Assembly: GCA_018238155.1 (NCBI GenBank)
Contig: JABCTZ010000041.1
Location: 48,540-112,539, forward strand
DNA: 64,000 nt
Direction: 5' to 3'
From: Candidatus Heimdallarchaeota archaeon
GTDB lineage: Archaea; Asgardarchaeota; Heimdallarchaeia; JABLTI01
A program made the translations under genes and the position numbers. This document shows, one piece after another, positions 51,446 through 60,863 of the stretch; positions within the stretch are counted from its first letter, which is position 1; each line of letters starts with the position of its first letter. The notes beneath the pieces are model-generated. The model made no database searches, had not been told where the DNA came from, and was given only the letters and a program-made list of their open reading frames with translations.

Positions 51446-52510
51446 ATGATAATAATGGCGAGTGTCCCGTTCATACAAGCGTTTTCAACCTTTGTTCCGG
51501 GAACTTTTGCTATCCATCTTGATAGAGAGGAAGCAATAACAACAGCAAGCAATACTCTTAAGGAGAGCATTCCAGAGATGCATATTCTTGAATATGGGTC
51601 ACTGAGATATCAACTCTTAGCACATAGGATCATTCAACCATTGATCTGGATCGGTCATGGACAAAAGGAAGGAATAACTATCAATAATGCACTTTCCTCC
51701 TGGGAGGAATTCTCAGAAGACCTACAGCATTCTCATGGTTTTGATATTATACTCTCTTGTTTCTCGAAAGAAATAATCAAACAAACTTCACTCACTCAAA
51801 AAGATGTTCTAACCTTCAATGGTGAGATAGATGCAAAATTAGGAAGCTATTTAATATCTTACCTCCTAACAGGGTCTGATATTGTCTTATCAAAAGTATT
51901 TACGCACTATCAGGCATTACAACAAGGGAAAACACAATGTCAACCACTTCATGGTTTCGATTCAGGTGGGGGTGGAAGTGGTTCTCCTGGTACTAATTTA
52001 CCTTCTTCCTTTAATGCACTAAATTTTATGACAAGTAATGTTTTTGTAAAAATGAGTGGCATCGAATTATTTTATCATATTCTAATGCTGTTCGTCTTAG
52101 TAATACAAATTCTATTAATAGTCGTTATTCAATTTCATCAATTTAGTTTCCTTCAAGTAGCTGCAGCAAATTTTTTCACAGAAGGTTTATTGACCTTGAT
52201 CATTAGTTTTGCTTGCTTCAATACAGGACATATGACCCTAAATAAACTAATGACGAGTCTCTGGGGGGTATTGGCTAATGTTACAGGATGTTTAGCTTCT
52301 GCTATAAAGGGTGCTGTTCTTTGGGAAATAGTTGCTTTTTTGTATTTAACAGGTTTAGGTGCAGCCATACTTCTTATACAATTACTTGTTGATGTTGCGA
52401 CAGGGGGTGTAGCTACTTTCATAAGAATTGGCACTACAATGTTATTAGTGGGTATCTATATAACTAATTTTATGGTGGATTTACTGGATGATGACTATGT
52501 GGTTGGGTAA
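51446..52510 (+). CDS. Putative secreted toxin precursor: clan CD-like His-Cys protease domain, FDSGGGG linker, hydrophobic C-terminal domain
   Basis: LIWIGHG...DIILSCFS (His to Cys 34 aa), LTFNGEID, FDSGGGGSGS, then about 4-5 hydrophobic helices. The 5' end appears lesioned. Confidence 0.6.
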   Translation: MIIMASVPFIQAFSTFVPGTFAIHLDREEAITTASNTLKESIPEMHILEYGSLRYQLLAHRIIQPLIWIGHGQKEGITINNALSSWEEFSEDLQHSHGFDIILSCFSKEIIKQTSLTQKDVLTFNGEIDAKLGSYLISYLLTGSDIVLSKVFTHYQALQQGKTQCQPLHGFDSGGGGSGSPGTNLPSSFNALNFMTSNVFVKMSGIELFYHILMLFVLVIQILLIVVIQFHQFSFLQVAAANFFTEGLLTLIISFACFNTGHMTLNKLMTSLWGVLANVTGCLASAIKGAVLWEIVAFLYLTGLGAAILLIQLLVDVATGGVATFIRIGTTMLLVGIYITNFMVDLLDDDYVVG

Positions 52511-52596
52511 CCACATCCATTTTTTAGAAAGAAAAATTAATAGTGAATATGAAAGAAGAAAAAACTGATAGAAAAAGAAACAATGAGTGAAGAATA

Positions 52597-53460
52597 ATGA
52601 AAGCATCAATTAGTAGAATACGATTCATAATTAGTCAAGATAATTACTGGAGAAAGAAATTACTACATTTTCGGATTGGACTTTATATCCTCTGTATTAT
52701 AATAGTTTTTTATTTTTCTATGGCATCGGGATTTTTTAATATTTATTATTATTTTCTTGGTATATTAAAAACAGTAATTGCCTTTTCAATACTTATGGCA
52801 GTAGGATATTTTATTGTTTCAGATAGAGAGACTTATAAGGAGACTTATAATAATTGGCATGATTCCACTTATAGGAACAAGGATATACAAGGAAAACTAA
52901 TGCTTGCAGTAATTGAGGGTCTACTATTTCTTGTTATCTCTACTGTGATTTTTGGTCTTTTCTATCTCTCAGGTTTTCCCTATGACCATGAACAGAAGCA
53001 CTTTCCAGGAGACACGGGTAGAAGCCCTTTAAGATTTTCACCCTCCCAAATCGAAGGAGTGCTCTTTGCTTTCATCATTTTTTTGCATGTAGTGGCACTC
53101 TTTACAAGTATTTACTGGATTTATGCTCGTTGTTTCAAAGTCATTGGCTTTAACAAATATAAAAAGATCATCTTCCTGGATATTAAACGACTCGTGTTTC
53201 TTATTATTGGTAATTTTCTATTCTGGAATTTTTCATCACTTTTTTTGGATCATGTTTACTTCAACTTTATTTATCCAGATGCTTTTGCTAATTTCCATTT
53301 TCTAGATGATTCCCTCTTCGCTTCAAAGCCATATCTGTATCTTATAATGCAATTAGGAATACTTGTTGCTGTCAATCTCTTTTACATTATTGATGGTACC
53401 ATTGCAAATAAGTATCGAACGAATTTCATTGATGTCGATCCTCTTACTACTGTAGATTGA
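52597..53460 (+). CDS. Multi-pass membrane protein, putative immunity protein
   Basis: About 6 TM, directly downstream of the precursor, paralog of 53691-54550. Confidence 0.7.
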   Translation: MKASISRIRFIISQDNYWRKKLLHFRIGLYILCIIIVFYFSMASGFFNIYYYFLGILKTVIAFSILMAVGYFIVSDRETYKETYNNWHDSTYRNKDIQGKLMLAVIEGLLFLVISTVIFGLFYLSGFPYDHEQKHFPGDTGRSPLRFSPSQIEGVLFAFIIFLHVVALFTSIYWIYARCFKVIGFNKYKKIIFLDIKRLVFLIIGNFLFWNFSSLFLDHVYFNFIYPDAFANFHFLDDSLFASKPYLYLIMQLGILVAVNLFYIIDGTIANKYRTNFIDVDPLTTVD

Positions 53461-53690
53461 ACTCGTTTATTTGAAAACAATTCTACAAATGATTGACCCC
53501 TATTAAAATTAAACTTGATAACTGACTAAGAAGAAAAATTAGAGAAACTGTTTATTTATAGAAAGAATATGAAAAAAGAATACAAAAAAGATACTACATA
53601 ACGATAAAACTCTTACCTTAGTAGAATTACTGGTCATTTTTTTCGCTGTTTATAAAAAACATTAATCAATAAAAACAACTTAAACCATTA

Positions 53691-54550
53691 ATGACAATGA
53701 CCTCTTCAATTAGTAGAATTCGGTTTATAATCCAACAATCTGAATCTTGGAAAAAAAGATTTTTAAAGGGAAGAATTGCTCTCTACATCCTAACATTCAT
53801 GATGGTATTTGCTTTATCAATTACATTAGGTTATTTTAACCTTTTTTACTACTTTTTGAGTGTTCTAAAATATGTAATTTCTTTCTCGTTCTTTATTGCA
53901 ACAGTATATTTTATGGTAGCAGATAAAGAAACTTCTGAGAACTGGCAGAATCGTACAGTTAGAAATAAAGATATTTTGGGGAAATTATTGTTATCGATAA
54001 TTGAAGGAGCAATATTTTTAGCTATCTCAACAGCGATTCTGGGGATTTTTTATTTAACTGGATTTCCTTATAAAATAGAACAAACATACTTAGCAGAGCA
54101 TACTGGAGCATCTCCCTTAAGATATGTTCCAACAGCTGTAGAAGCAATAATATATTCTTTTATCATACTTATGATGTTGATTTCTCTAATAACTAGCATT
54201 TATTGGTATTACTCACGATGTGTAAAAGTCATTGGCTTTCGTAAACGAGAAAAAGTAATGAAGATAAACATTGTCAGAGCTATTATTGGTTTTTTAGCTA
54301 ATTTTGCACTCTGGCAATAGTTTTTCCTGTGTATTTAGATATCGCTTATTTTGATATTGTTTTTCCTAATCGGTCAACTAGATTTATTCTTCTTAAAGAA
54401 GCTTTTTCTTCACAACCTTACCTATACTTGCTAATTCAATTAGGAGTACTAATAGTACTGAACATCTTTTATGTTACTGATGGGTTACTAGCAAATAAAT
54501 TTAGAACAAATTATGTTGAAATGGATGTTCTTGAATCACTTTCAGAATGA
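53691..54550 (+). pseudogene. Frameshifted paralog of 52597-53460
   Basis: SISRIRFII, RNKDILGKLLL..IEG, SPLR and PYLYL..QLG are shared with the upstream gene. Homology shifts frame at about 54315-54329 (TGGCAATAG). Confidence 0.75.
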
Positions 54551-54650
54551 TCATTTCATTTTTTATTTCTTTTAAAATGATTCTTCTTCTGAAGACATCT
54601 AATTAAACGCAGAAACGTATCTAAATAAAATAAACGAAACACTCCAATTA

Positions 54651-54670
54651 ATAATCTATTGTTGAGAAAT
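54651..54670 (+). repeat. 20-bp direct repeat, right copy
   Basis: ATAATCTATTGTTGAGAAAT, identical to 51193-51212. Confidence 0.85.
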
Positions 54671-54752
54671 CCTTAAACTTTAATTTCTTTTACAGAAGCT
54701 TTTATTATATTAAGAGAGTTATTTCCATTATACAATTCTGAGGTTTAGAAAA

Positions 54753-55055
54753 ATGCATGAAGATTTAGATTTCGTAATTGAATCTGGAACTAAAAAACCA
54801 GCAGACATAACAATATATGCATTATCCACTTGTGGTTTTTGCAGAAGTGCCTTGAACTTCCTTCGCGAAAATGATATCGCTTTCAAATATATCTATGTAG
54901 ATAAGCAATCATCTCAAGTTAAGGTTCAAATTAAAAAAGATTTACGAGACAATTTTGAAGAGAGATTAGGGTTCCCATACAGTGTTATAAATGGTGGAGA
55001 AAAAGTGATGGTAGGTTTCAAAACAGAAAAGTGGGAAAAAGCTTTTCTAACTTAA
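54753..55055 (+). CDS. Glutaredoxin/NrdH-like protein
   Basis: IYALSTCGFC, GFP, VGF. Confidence 0.88.
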   Translation: MHEDLDFVIESGTKKPADITIYALSTCGFCRSALNFLRENDIAFKYIYVDKQSSQVKVQIKKDLRDNFEERLGFPYSVINGGEKVMVGFKTEKWEKAFLT

Positions 55056-55076
55056 AATAGCAAATCGTGCAATAGT

Positions 55077-55436
55077 GTGATGAAGATGCCCGCTCCCAAA
55101 AAACTGAAGACCAAAGAAGAAGTACGGAAATTTGTTGAAATGGTTGCAAATAAACAAGGTTGGTATTTGCATCCCGATGAGAAATTTTTAGATGTGCTTA
55201 TTGAAGGATTACAAAGTAATTACAATGAGCATGGTTATTTCGGTTGTCCTTGTAGATTATTAGAAGGTGACAGAGAACATGATAAAGATCTAATTTGTCC
55301 ATGCGAATATTGCAATCCAGATCAATTAGAATATGGTCATTGTTATTGTGGGCTCTATTGTACTCATGAATTCCATGCAACAGGCAAGAATCCTGATGGA
55401 ATACCAGAAAGACGACCAGAAGAGAAATGGTTCTAG
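55077..55436 (+). CDS. Ferredoxin:thioredoxin reductase catalytic subunit-like protein
   Basis: GCPCR, ICPCEY and HCYCGLY FTR cysteine motifs. Confidence 0.9.
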   Translation: MMKMPAPKKLKTKEEVRKFVEMVANKQGWYLHPDEKFLDVLIEGLQSNYNEHGYFGCPCRLLEGDREHDKDLICPCEYCNPDQLEYGHCYCGLYCTHEFHATGKNPDGIPERRPEEKWF

Positions 55437-55697
55437 TTATGAAAGACAATCAGTTACTTTCATAATCAATATTTTTTCTTTTTAAATTGGTGAGATAAAT
55501 CTTACCAAGTACAAGTTCTAGACCTTCAAGATGATGTATGTGACCTGAGCAACATTATTTGTTTTTTTTGTTTTTACTGCCTAGTTTATTCTAGATTAAA
55601 CTTTTTCGCTTGAATTAAGAAGTGTAGAGAAGAGAATTAAGATTTTATTGAAGAGTTTTTTAATGAGAAAGATGTATAATAAACTAGGGATTATGAT

Positions 55698-55889
55698 ATG
55701 ACCGTTAAAGTCAAGGATATGACAGCTGAAGAATTACAAAAACTCATTACTGAAAGTATAAACGATGTTGTAGAAGATTTAATGGAAGATATACTTGGAT
55801 TGTCAAGTGAAGAGTATTTACAATCAATAGAAGAAGCAAGAACTGATTACAAAGAAGGACGAATAACCAAACTTGAGGATCTACCTTGA
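55698..55889 (+). CDS. Putative antitoxin
   Basis: Small acidic ORF (VKDMTAEEL...SIEEARTDYKEGR) whose stop overlaps the RelE start (TTGA). Confidence 0.75.
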   Translation: MTVKVKDMTAEELQKLITESINDVVEDLMEDILGLSSEEYLQSIEEARTDYKEGRITKLEDLP

Positions 55890-56140
55890 CTTATGAAATT
55901 GTTTTTACAAAACGAGCTGTGAAAGATCTCGAAAAACTTGAACAACAGGTGAAGGAAAGGATAATCTCAAAATTGAAGGAATTCAAAGATGTTCCTCTTA
56001 ATCACGCTAAAAAATTAACTCAACCAAAACTTGGTTCTTTTAGGTTCAAAATCGATAATTATAGGATTATTTTTGATTTTGGTGATGATAAAATAATCAT
56101 CATTTTAAGAGTAGGTCACAGAAAAACGATCTATAAATAG
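55886..56140 (+). CDS. relE: RelE/ParE family toxin
   Basis: YEIVFTKRAVKDLEKL...FRFKIDNYRIIF...ILRVGHRKTIY. Confidence 0.9.
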   Translation: MTYEIVFTKRAVKDLEKLEQQVKERIISKLKEFKDVPLNHAKKLTQPKLGSFRFKIDNYRIIFDFGDDKIIIILRVGHRKTIYK

Positions 56141-56186
56141 CAATTGTAATCTCTTAGAAATAAATATACCTATTTACAACAAACAC

Positions 56187-57140
56187 TTATATTTTTCCTT
56201 TGTCTTGAGTCACTACTAATCCTTTAGGGTCAATTGTAATTTCAGATAATGCTTGTCCCTTAGTTTGATTTAAGGCGGTTATTATTTTCTCTCTAGTATC
56301 TTCTGTAACTAATGCTAACATATTGTCACCTACTCCTGCTCCAGAGAGTTTAGCACCAAATGCATCATTATCAATTGCAGCAGAAATCAATTCTTCAAGT
56401 ATAGGTGAACTAACTTTTAATGCTCTAAGTAAATCTTGATTTTCGTTCATCAAATTACCCAAAGTTCTTTGATCATTCTCTAATATTGCTTCTTTTGCTT
56501 CGTATACAATTGACCCCATTCTATCGAATATTTTCTTAGCTTCAATAGGATCTTTGTATTCAAAATCACGAACTTGCTGAACAATTGGTCCACTTGGAGC
56601 TTTTGTCCTAGTATTACCCACAACAAATTTTACATTCTCATAAGGTAATGATTCCGGTTTCCAACCCATTTGAAATCTAATTATACCACCATAAAGAGAA
56701 GTAGCAATATCTAATCCACTGCCGTACCCTTTGAAATCTTGGTTGAAATCAATGCAAATCTTCAGGAATTCAAGTCTAGATGGCATGATATCAAAGTAGG
56801 TAAAAAGTGCTCCATATAACGCAACAACAAGTGCCGCTGAGCTTCCGAATCCGGATTGAATATCAGATTCAATAACAATATCAAGTGGTTTTTCCGAAAG
56901 GCTGTATTTTCTAAAAAAGGTAGCAATAAGACTTGAAACCATATCCAATTTCATTGATGGATATTCTTCTTGATAAACATTGAACTCTTTACTAGTAAGT
57001 AAAATTTTATGTGCTTTGCATTTTGAGATAGTAACTACTAAACGCTTGTTTACAGCAAATACGATTGCCGGTTTTCCTCGACTACTAGCATGTTCACCAA
57101 ACAGAATTAGTTTTCCAGGTGCTGAGCTTATTATTTTCAT
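56187..57140 (-). CDS. GHMP kinase of the mevalonate pathway (mevalonate or phosphomevalonate kinase)
   Basis: APGKLILFGEH, GFGSSAA, GSGLDIA, AKLSGAGVGD. Confidence 0.85.
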   Translation of the reverse strand: MKIISSAPGKLILFGEHASSRGKPAIVFAVNKRLVVTISKCKAHKILLTSKEFNVYQEEYPSMKLDMVSSLIATFFRKYSLSEKPLDIVIESDIQSGFGSSAALVVALYGALFTYFDIMPSRLEFLKICIDFNQDFKGYGSGLDIATSLYGGIIRFQMGWKPESLPYENVKFVVGNTRTKAPSGPIVQQVRDFEYKDPIEAKKIFDRMGSIVYEAKEAILENDQRTLGNLMNENQDLLRALKVSSPILEELISAAIDNDAFGAKLSGAGVGDNMLALVTEDTREKIITALNQTKGQALSEITIDPKGLVVTQDKGKI

Positions 57141-57170
57141 TCAATCATCCTTCGTTGGTTTATGTAATAT

Positions 57171-58163
57171 CTAGAATAAATGTTCATTTACAATCTTAAT
57201 TCCAGGACCAGGTTTACTTGAGATTATTTTTTCCGGACGAATTTTTTCTTCTAACTGTTTTATAATTTCCCTCTCAAAATTTGGTGTTGTTAAAATATGT
57301 AGATTTGCTCCGGTATCAATTGTGTAGTAAGCATCTATTTTTTCTTCACGGAGGTTTTCAACGAAATGCATCACTTTTACTGTGTCAGGTGTCCAGAAAA
57401 TTTGTGATGGGTTTGATGTAATTGCTACGGAGTGCATTGAAAGGCAATCCATTTCAGCAGTAGATCCTAATGAAATGAAATCTTTTTCTTTAATTGCCAA
57501 CCTTATTTGAGCGAGACTTGTGTCAATAGTTTCAAGACGAGACTTGAAGAATGGACTTGTCTTAATTGATAATTTCATTGCCTCTCGAGTGTTCATCTTC
57601 CTTTCAGGAGCTTTTAGTACAACAACGATATCTCGAATATCAAACCAATTTTCATCAGCTAATTGAACGGCATATGATTCATTCATTTCATCCATTGCAA
57701 TCCATTCAACATAACCACCAAAAAATGATCTGCAAGAAGACCCTGAACCTCTTCTAGAAATCATTGATAGCTCTTTATTATCCAGCTTTAAATCAACTGC
57801 ATTTATAGCTGCAGATGTTAATGCAGCAAAGCCGGAAGCAGAAGAAGCCAATCCCGCTGCAGTTGGGAAATTATTTTGTGAATGAACCTTAGCTTTTACT
57901 TTTGTCTTGGAGATTTCACGAATAAGATTCAGATGTTCAACAACTCTCTTCAATGGTTTCCCGGTTTGTTCTAAACCATTCAACAGGAAACTATCTTCAG
58001 TAAACTCTTCTGAAAAGTCTACAGTAGTGGTTGTTGTAAGTGCATCTGTTGTGAATGAAATACTGTTGTTCATTGGAATGATCAGTTTTTCATCTCGTTT
58101 TCCCCAGTATTTGATAAGGGCAGTATTGGAATGTGCAATGGCAGTAGATTTCGTTGGAATCAC
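57171..58163 (-). CDS. mvaD: Diphosphomevalonate decarboxylase
   Basis: NTALIKYWGKRD, NNFPTAAGLASSASG, RRGSGSSCRS, YTIDTGAN. Confidence 0.9.
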   Translation of the reverse strand: MIPTKSTAIAHSNTALIKYWGKRDEKLIIPMNNSISFTTDALTTTTTVDFSEEFTEDSFLLNGLEQTGKPLKRVVEHLNLIREISKTKVKAKVHSQNNFPTAAGLASSASGFAALTSAAINAVDLKLDNKELSMISRRGSGSSCRSFFGGYVEWIAMDEMNESYAVQLADENWFDIRDIVVVLKAPERKMNTREAMKLSIKTSPFFKSRLETIDTSLAQIRLAIKEKDFISLGSTAEMDCLSMHSVAITSNPSQIFWTPDTVKVMHFVENLREEKIDAYYTIDTGANLHILTTPNFEREIIKQLEEKIRPEKIISSKPGPGIKIVNEHLF

Positions 58164-58242
58164 GCTCTCGATATACTTTACGAATTACTACTAAATAAAG
58201 AATGTTCCATTACCTTCTCTTTATACACAAACTACAAAAAGA

Positions 58243-58974
58243 ATGAAATGCTACTCTTGTGTTATGTCAGAAAAGAACTTTTTGAAATTTTGTGGTGCTA
58301 GTTCCATTCTTGGTGCTATTGCCTATATTGGCACAGTTGTTTTCTCAATGATAGCTAACCTTGAAAAACCAGAGACTTTAGCAGGAATGAGTGCCTTTCT
58401 AGAAAATTGGTTCGATGCTAGGATTTTAATGTCAGCCTACGGTTGGTGTGGAATCTTAGGTTCACTCTTTACTTTACCTCTCATAGTAGGAATGTATCAA
58501 GTTCTAAGAAAACAAACACCTTGGCAATGGGCACCTGTTGCAATAATCTTTCATGGAGTACTATTACTAACTATTGCATATATTATACCATTAGTGATTT
58601 CCTTTAATCTAGCTCCAAGATTTGTTGTAGAAACTGATCCAGGACTGTTATCTTCAATAATGGTTTCAACAGAAGCCTTGCGAACAATAGAAGATATTTG
58701 TGTAAAAGTTGGTACAATTTTAACCCTACCAACAGGAATAAGTCTCATGGCAATCATCGATTGGAAAGAATCGAGATTCCCAAGATGGTTAAATATTCTA
58801 GCAATTGTAACTGGTATACTCAGTTTATCATTCCTTGGAACTTTTACTACTACTGGTATAGTATTCACTATCTTCAATATAACTTCCATTGTAAGTTTAG
58901 GGTTAATGTTATTGTGGATGATAGCAATAGGAATAGTATTGATCTTACCAATGAAAGCACTAGAGAGTGAGTGA
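58243..58974 (+). CDS. Six-TM membrane protein (DUF4386-like)
   Basis: Hydrophobic pattern, FPRWL motif, C-terminal WMIAIG. Confidence 0.65.
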   Translation: MKCYSCVMSEKNFLKFCGASSILGAIAYIGTVVFSMIANLEKPETLAGMSAFLENWFDARILMSAYGWCGILGSLFTLPLIVGMYQVLRKQTPWQWAPVAIIFHGVLLLTIAYIIPLVISFNLAPRFVVETDPGLLSSIMVSTEALRTIEDICVKVGTILTLPTGISLMAIIDWKESRFPRWLNILAIVTGILSLSFLGTFTTTGIVFTIFNITSIVSLGLMLLWMIAIGIVLILPMKALESE

Positions 58975-59141
58975 AAAGAAGAACGCTTTTACTTACTTTT
59001 TTTTCTATTTCTTCTATAACTTATTTTGTTATATGAGGAAATTTAGATTGAATTTATTCTCATTCTTTTGTGAAAGCGAATAGTCACAATGGATTATTTT
59101 ATTAGGAATAGATTGATTTCAAAAATAGATTGGGAATAACT

Positions 59142-59172
59142 AGAAAAAAATCTCAGAGCTAAGTCTGAGATT
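59142..59172 (-). terminator. Intrinsic terminator of the minus-strand toxin/immunity operon
   Basis: Minus strand reads AATCTCAGA-CTTAGC-TCTGAGATT then a T-run, 2 nt after the stop at 59175. Confidence 0.65.
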
Positions 59173-59174
59173 GT

Positions 59175-59633
59175 TTAACCTTGAAGGAGTACACTAGTCA
59201 CAGTATAAATAGCTGAGGCAAAAATGCCTAGTACTGTACAAATGGATAATCCCCAGATAAATACTCTACTAACTTTGTAAAAGCTTTTTGTTGGTTCAGC
59301 TTGTTCCTTTGTGCTTGCTAGCATATCAATGTAGAAAGTGGATTTCTTTTTAAGAATAAAGCTGGTAATGTGTTTAAATATGTGATAAATAAGTGGACTA
59401 ATATGTAGTAAAATTGCTATGAATAGTATGAAAATTGGAAGAACTAATAGAATTACAAAGTTTGCATATGTTCCCCGCCCTAATGCAATTAATTCATCAC
59501 TGAAAAAAATTATTGAAATTAGGATTTGAACGCAGGAAAATGATCCTATCCAAAAGACATATTTGGGAAATATGGTAAATGCTGTAAAAGCTTTCTCTTG
59601 CAAATCCTCCTTAATGGTTTTGTTTGATAACAT
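59175..59633 (-). CDS. Three-TM membrane protein, putative immunity protein
   Basis: Starts 7 nt after the stop of the precursor gene; three hydrophobic segments. Confidence 0.65.
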   Translation of the reverse strand: MLSNKTIKEDLQEKAFTAFTIFPKYVFWIGSFSCVQILISIIFFSDELIALGRGTYANFVILLVLPIFILFIAILLHISPLIYHIFKHITSFILKKKSTFYIDMLASTKEQAEPTKSFYKVSRVFIWGLSICTVLGIFASAIYTVTSVLLQG

Positions 59634-59640
59634 TACTTAA

Positions 59641-60843
59641 TCACCATGTAAATGCAATGACTACAGCAGCTATTAAAATAGCAACAGCTATTGCAACGAT
59701 AATAATACCCAATGTTACAGCAAGACAACCTAATACACATGATGCTGTTGCAGATAAACCTAAAGCGGTTGATGTTCCTGCTGCTCCTGCAACAAGTGCT
59801 ATTTTTAGCAATTTAATTCCAGTTGTCAAAAGTATTACTGCTAAAGGGATTAATGCTCCTCCTAAAACAGTCAAAGCGGCTACTCTAGAAGCTATACCTT
59901 CTTCTGAAACCAATATACCTACTATATCATCAACTTGTAGATTATGTTGTTGTCTTTTTTGTAGCACACCCTCTAAGTATATGTTTTCAATATGTAAATA
60001 GTCTTTCAAATCACCTTCGATGAGAATCCACGAATCAAACGTCACTGAATGTGTATTTATATAATAGGATTGTTGATTTGGTGCTGTTTGTTCTAAGAAT
60101 TCTCCTCTGAAAGTAAACTCAATCTTTCTATATTTGTTACTCATCATATAAGCAGATAAACTTTTTACTCCAGAATCTGTAAGCAGATTCCAGTACTTAT
60201 GTGTGCCATCATATGTGTGAGCTTGGCGCATCATGTTAAAAGCAGGTGGTGGATTACTTAAACTCCACCCATTTCCACTCCCACCTGGGTCTAAATTAAA
60301 AAGCTGTATATTCTTTATTGGATTAAATTGCGTGCTTTCTGTCCAACGCAGAAGGCTAAACAAATCTTGTATAGCTGTTGTAAGATCGATTGTATCGGTA
60401 TATGTCAATTGTAAATTATTTTCTAATTCAACATTGCTAGAATAACAAGCAAGTAAAGCAACCATTTCTTTATTTTTAGCCATTTTACTTATTCTATTTG
60501 TTGAATAATCAGAAATGAAATATTGGTTATTAGAACTAAAATACCCATGCCCTATTACTATTAGTGAATTATCTGATTCAAATAATAATCCTGATGAATA
60601 CACCATAGTAGAAATTTCAAAATCATTTTGAGCTGCTTGATCACTCATATAATCAGCAATTTCTGTTAAGGTTTTAACATCAAATTCATTAGTAGCAATC
60701 GTTGTTGAATTATCTACTATTTCCACATCTCTTTCCGTTGTACTTTTTGGCATTATTGAAACTACTGTGCTCAAATTAGCAAAGATTGTTCCAATGATAA
60801 CCAAAAATACCAGTAAAGTATTAATTGTAGTTATTTTTTTCAT
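59641..60843 (-). CDS. Putative secreted toxin precursor: signal peptide, clan CD-like His-Cys domain, LDPGG linker, beta domain, Ala/Gly-rich hydrophobic C-terminus
   Basis: True start MKKITT at 60843 (the upstream FLHES extension is the DNA repeat). LIVIGHG...VALLACYS (34 aa), LTYTDTID, LDPGGSGNG. Confidence 0.65.
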   Translation of the reverse strand: MKKITTINTLLVFLVIIGTIFANLSTVVSIMPKSTTERDVEIVDNSTTIATNEFDVKTLTEIADYMSDQAAQNDFEISTMVYSSGLLFESDNSLIVIGHGYFSSNNQYFISDYSTNRISKMAKNKEMVALLACYSSNVELENNLQLTYTDTIDLTTAIQDLFSLLRWTESTQFNPIKNIQLFNLDPGGSGNGWSLSNPPPAFNMMRQAHTYDGTHKYWNLLTDSGVKSLSAYMMSNKYRKIEFTFRGEFLEQTAPNQQSYYINTHSVTFDSWILIEGDLKDYLHIENIYLEGVLQKRQQHNLQVDDIVGILVSEEGIASRVAALTVLGGALIPLAVILLTTGIKLLKIALVAGAAGTSTALGLSATASCVLGCLAVTLGIIIVAIAVAILIAAVVIAFTW

Positions 60844-60863
60844 TTTCTTATCATTCCTTTTGC

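Noticed and set aside
54318-54320. TAG as pyrrolysine or stop-codon readthrough
   Set aside because: Homology continues in a different frame and another TAG follows in frame, so this is a frameshift.
55698-56140. TA pair as a marker of a prophage or integrative element
   Set aside because: No integrase, transposase, tRNA or phage genes nearby; it is flanked by housekeeping genes.
59116-59131. Degenerate inverted copy of the 20-bp repeat at the end of the second toxin cassette
   Set aside because: It needs a 2-nt gap plus a mismatch in very AT-rich DNA and cannot be distinguished from chance.
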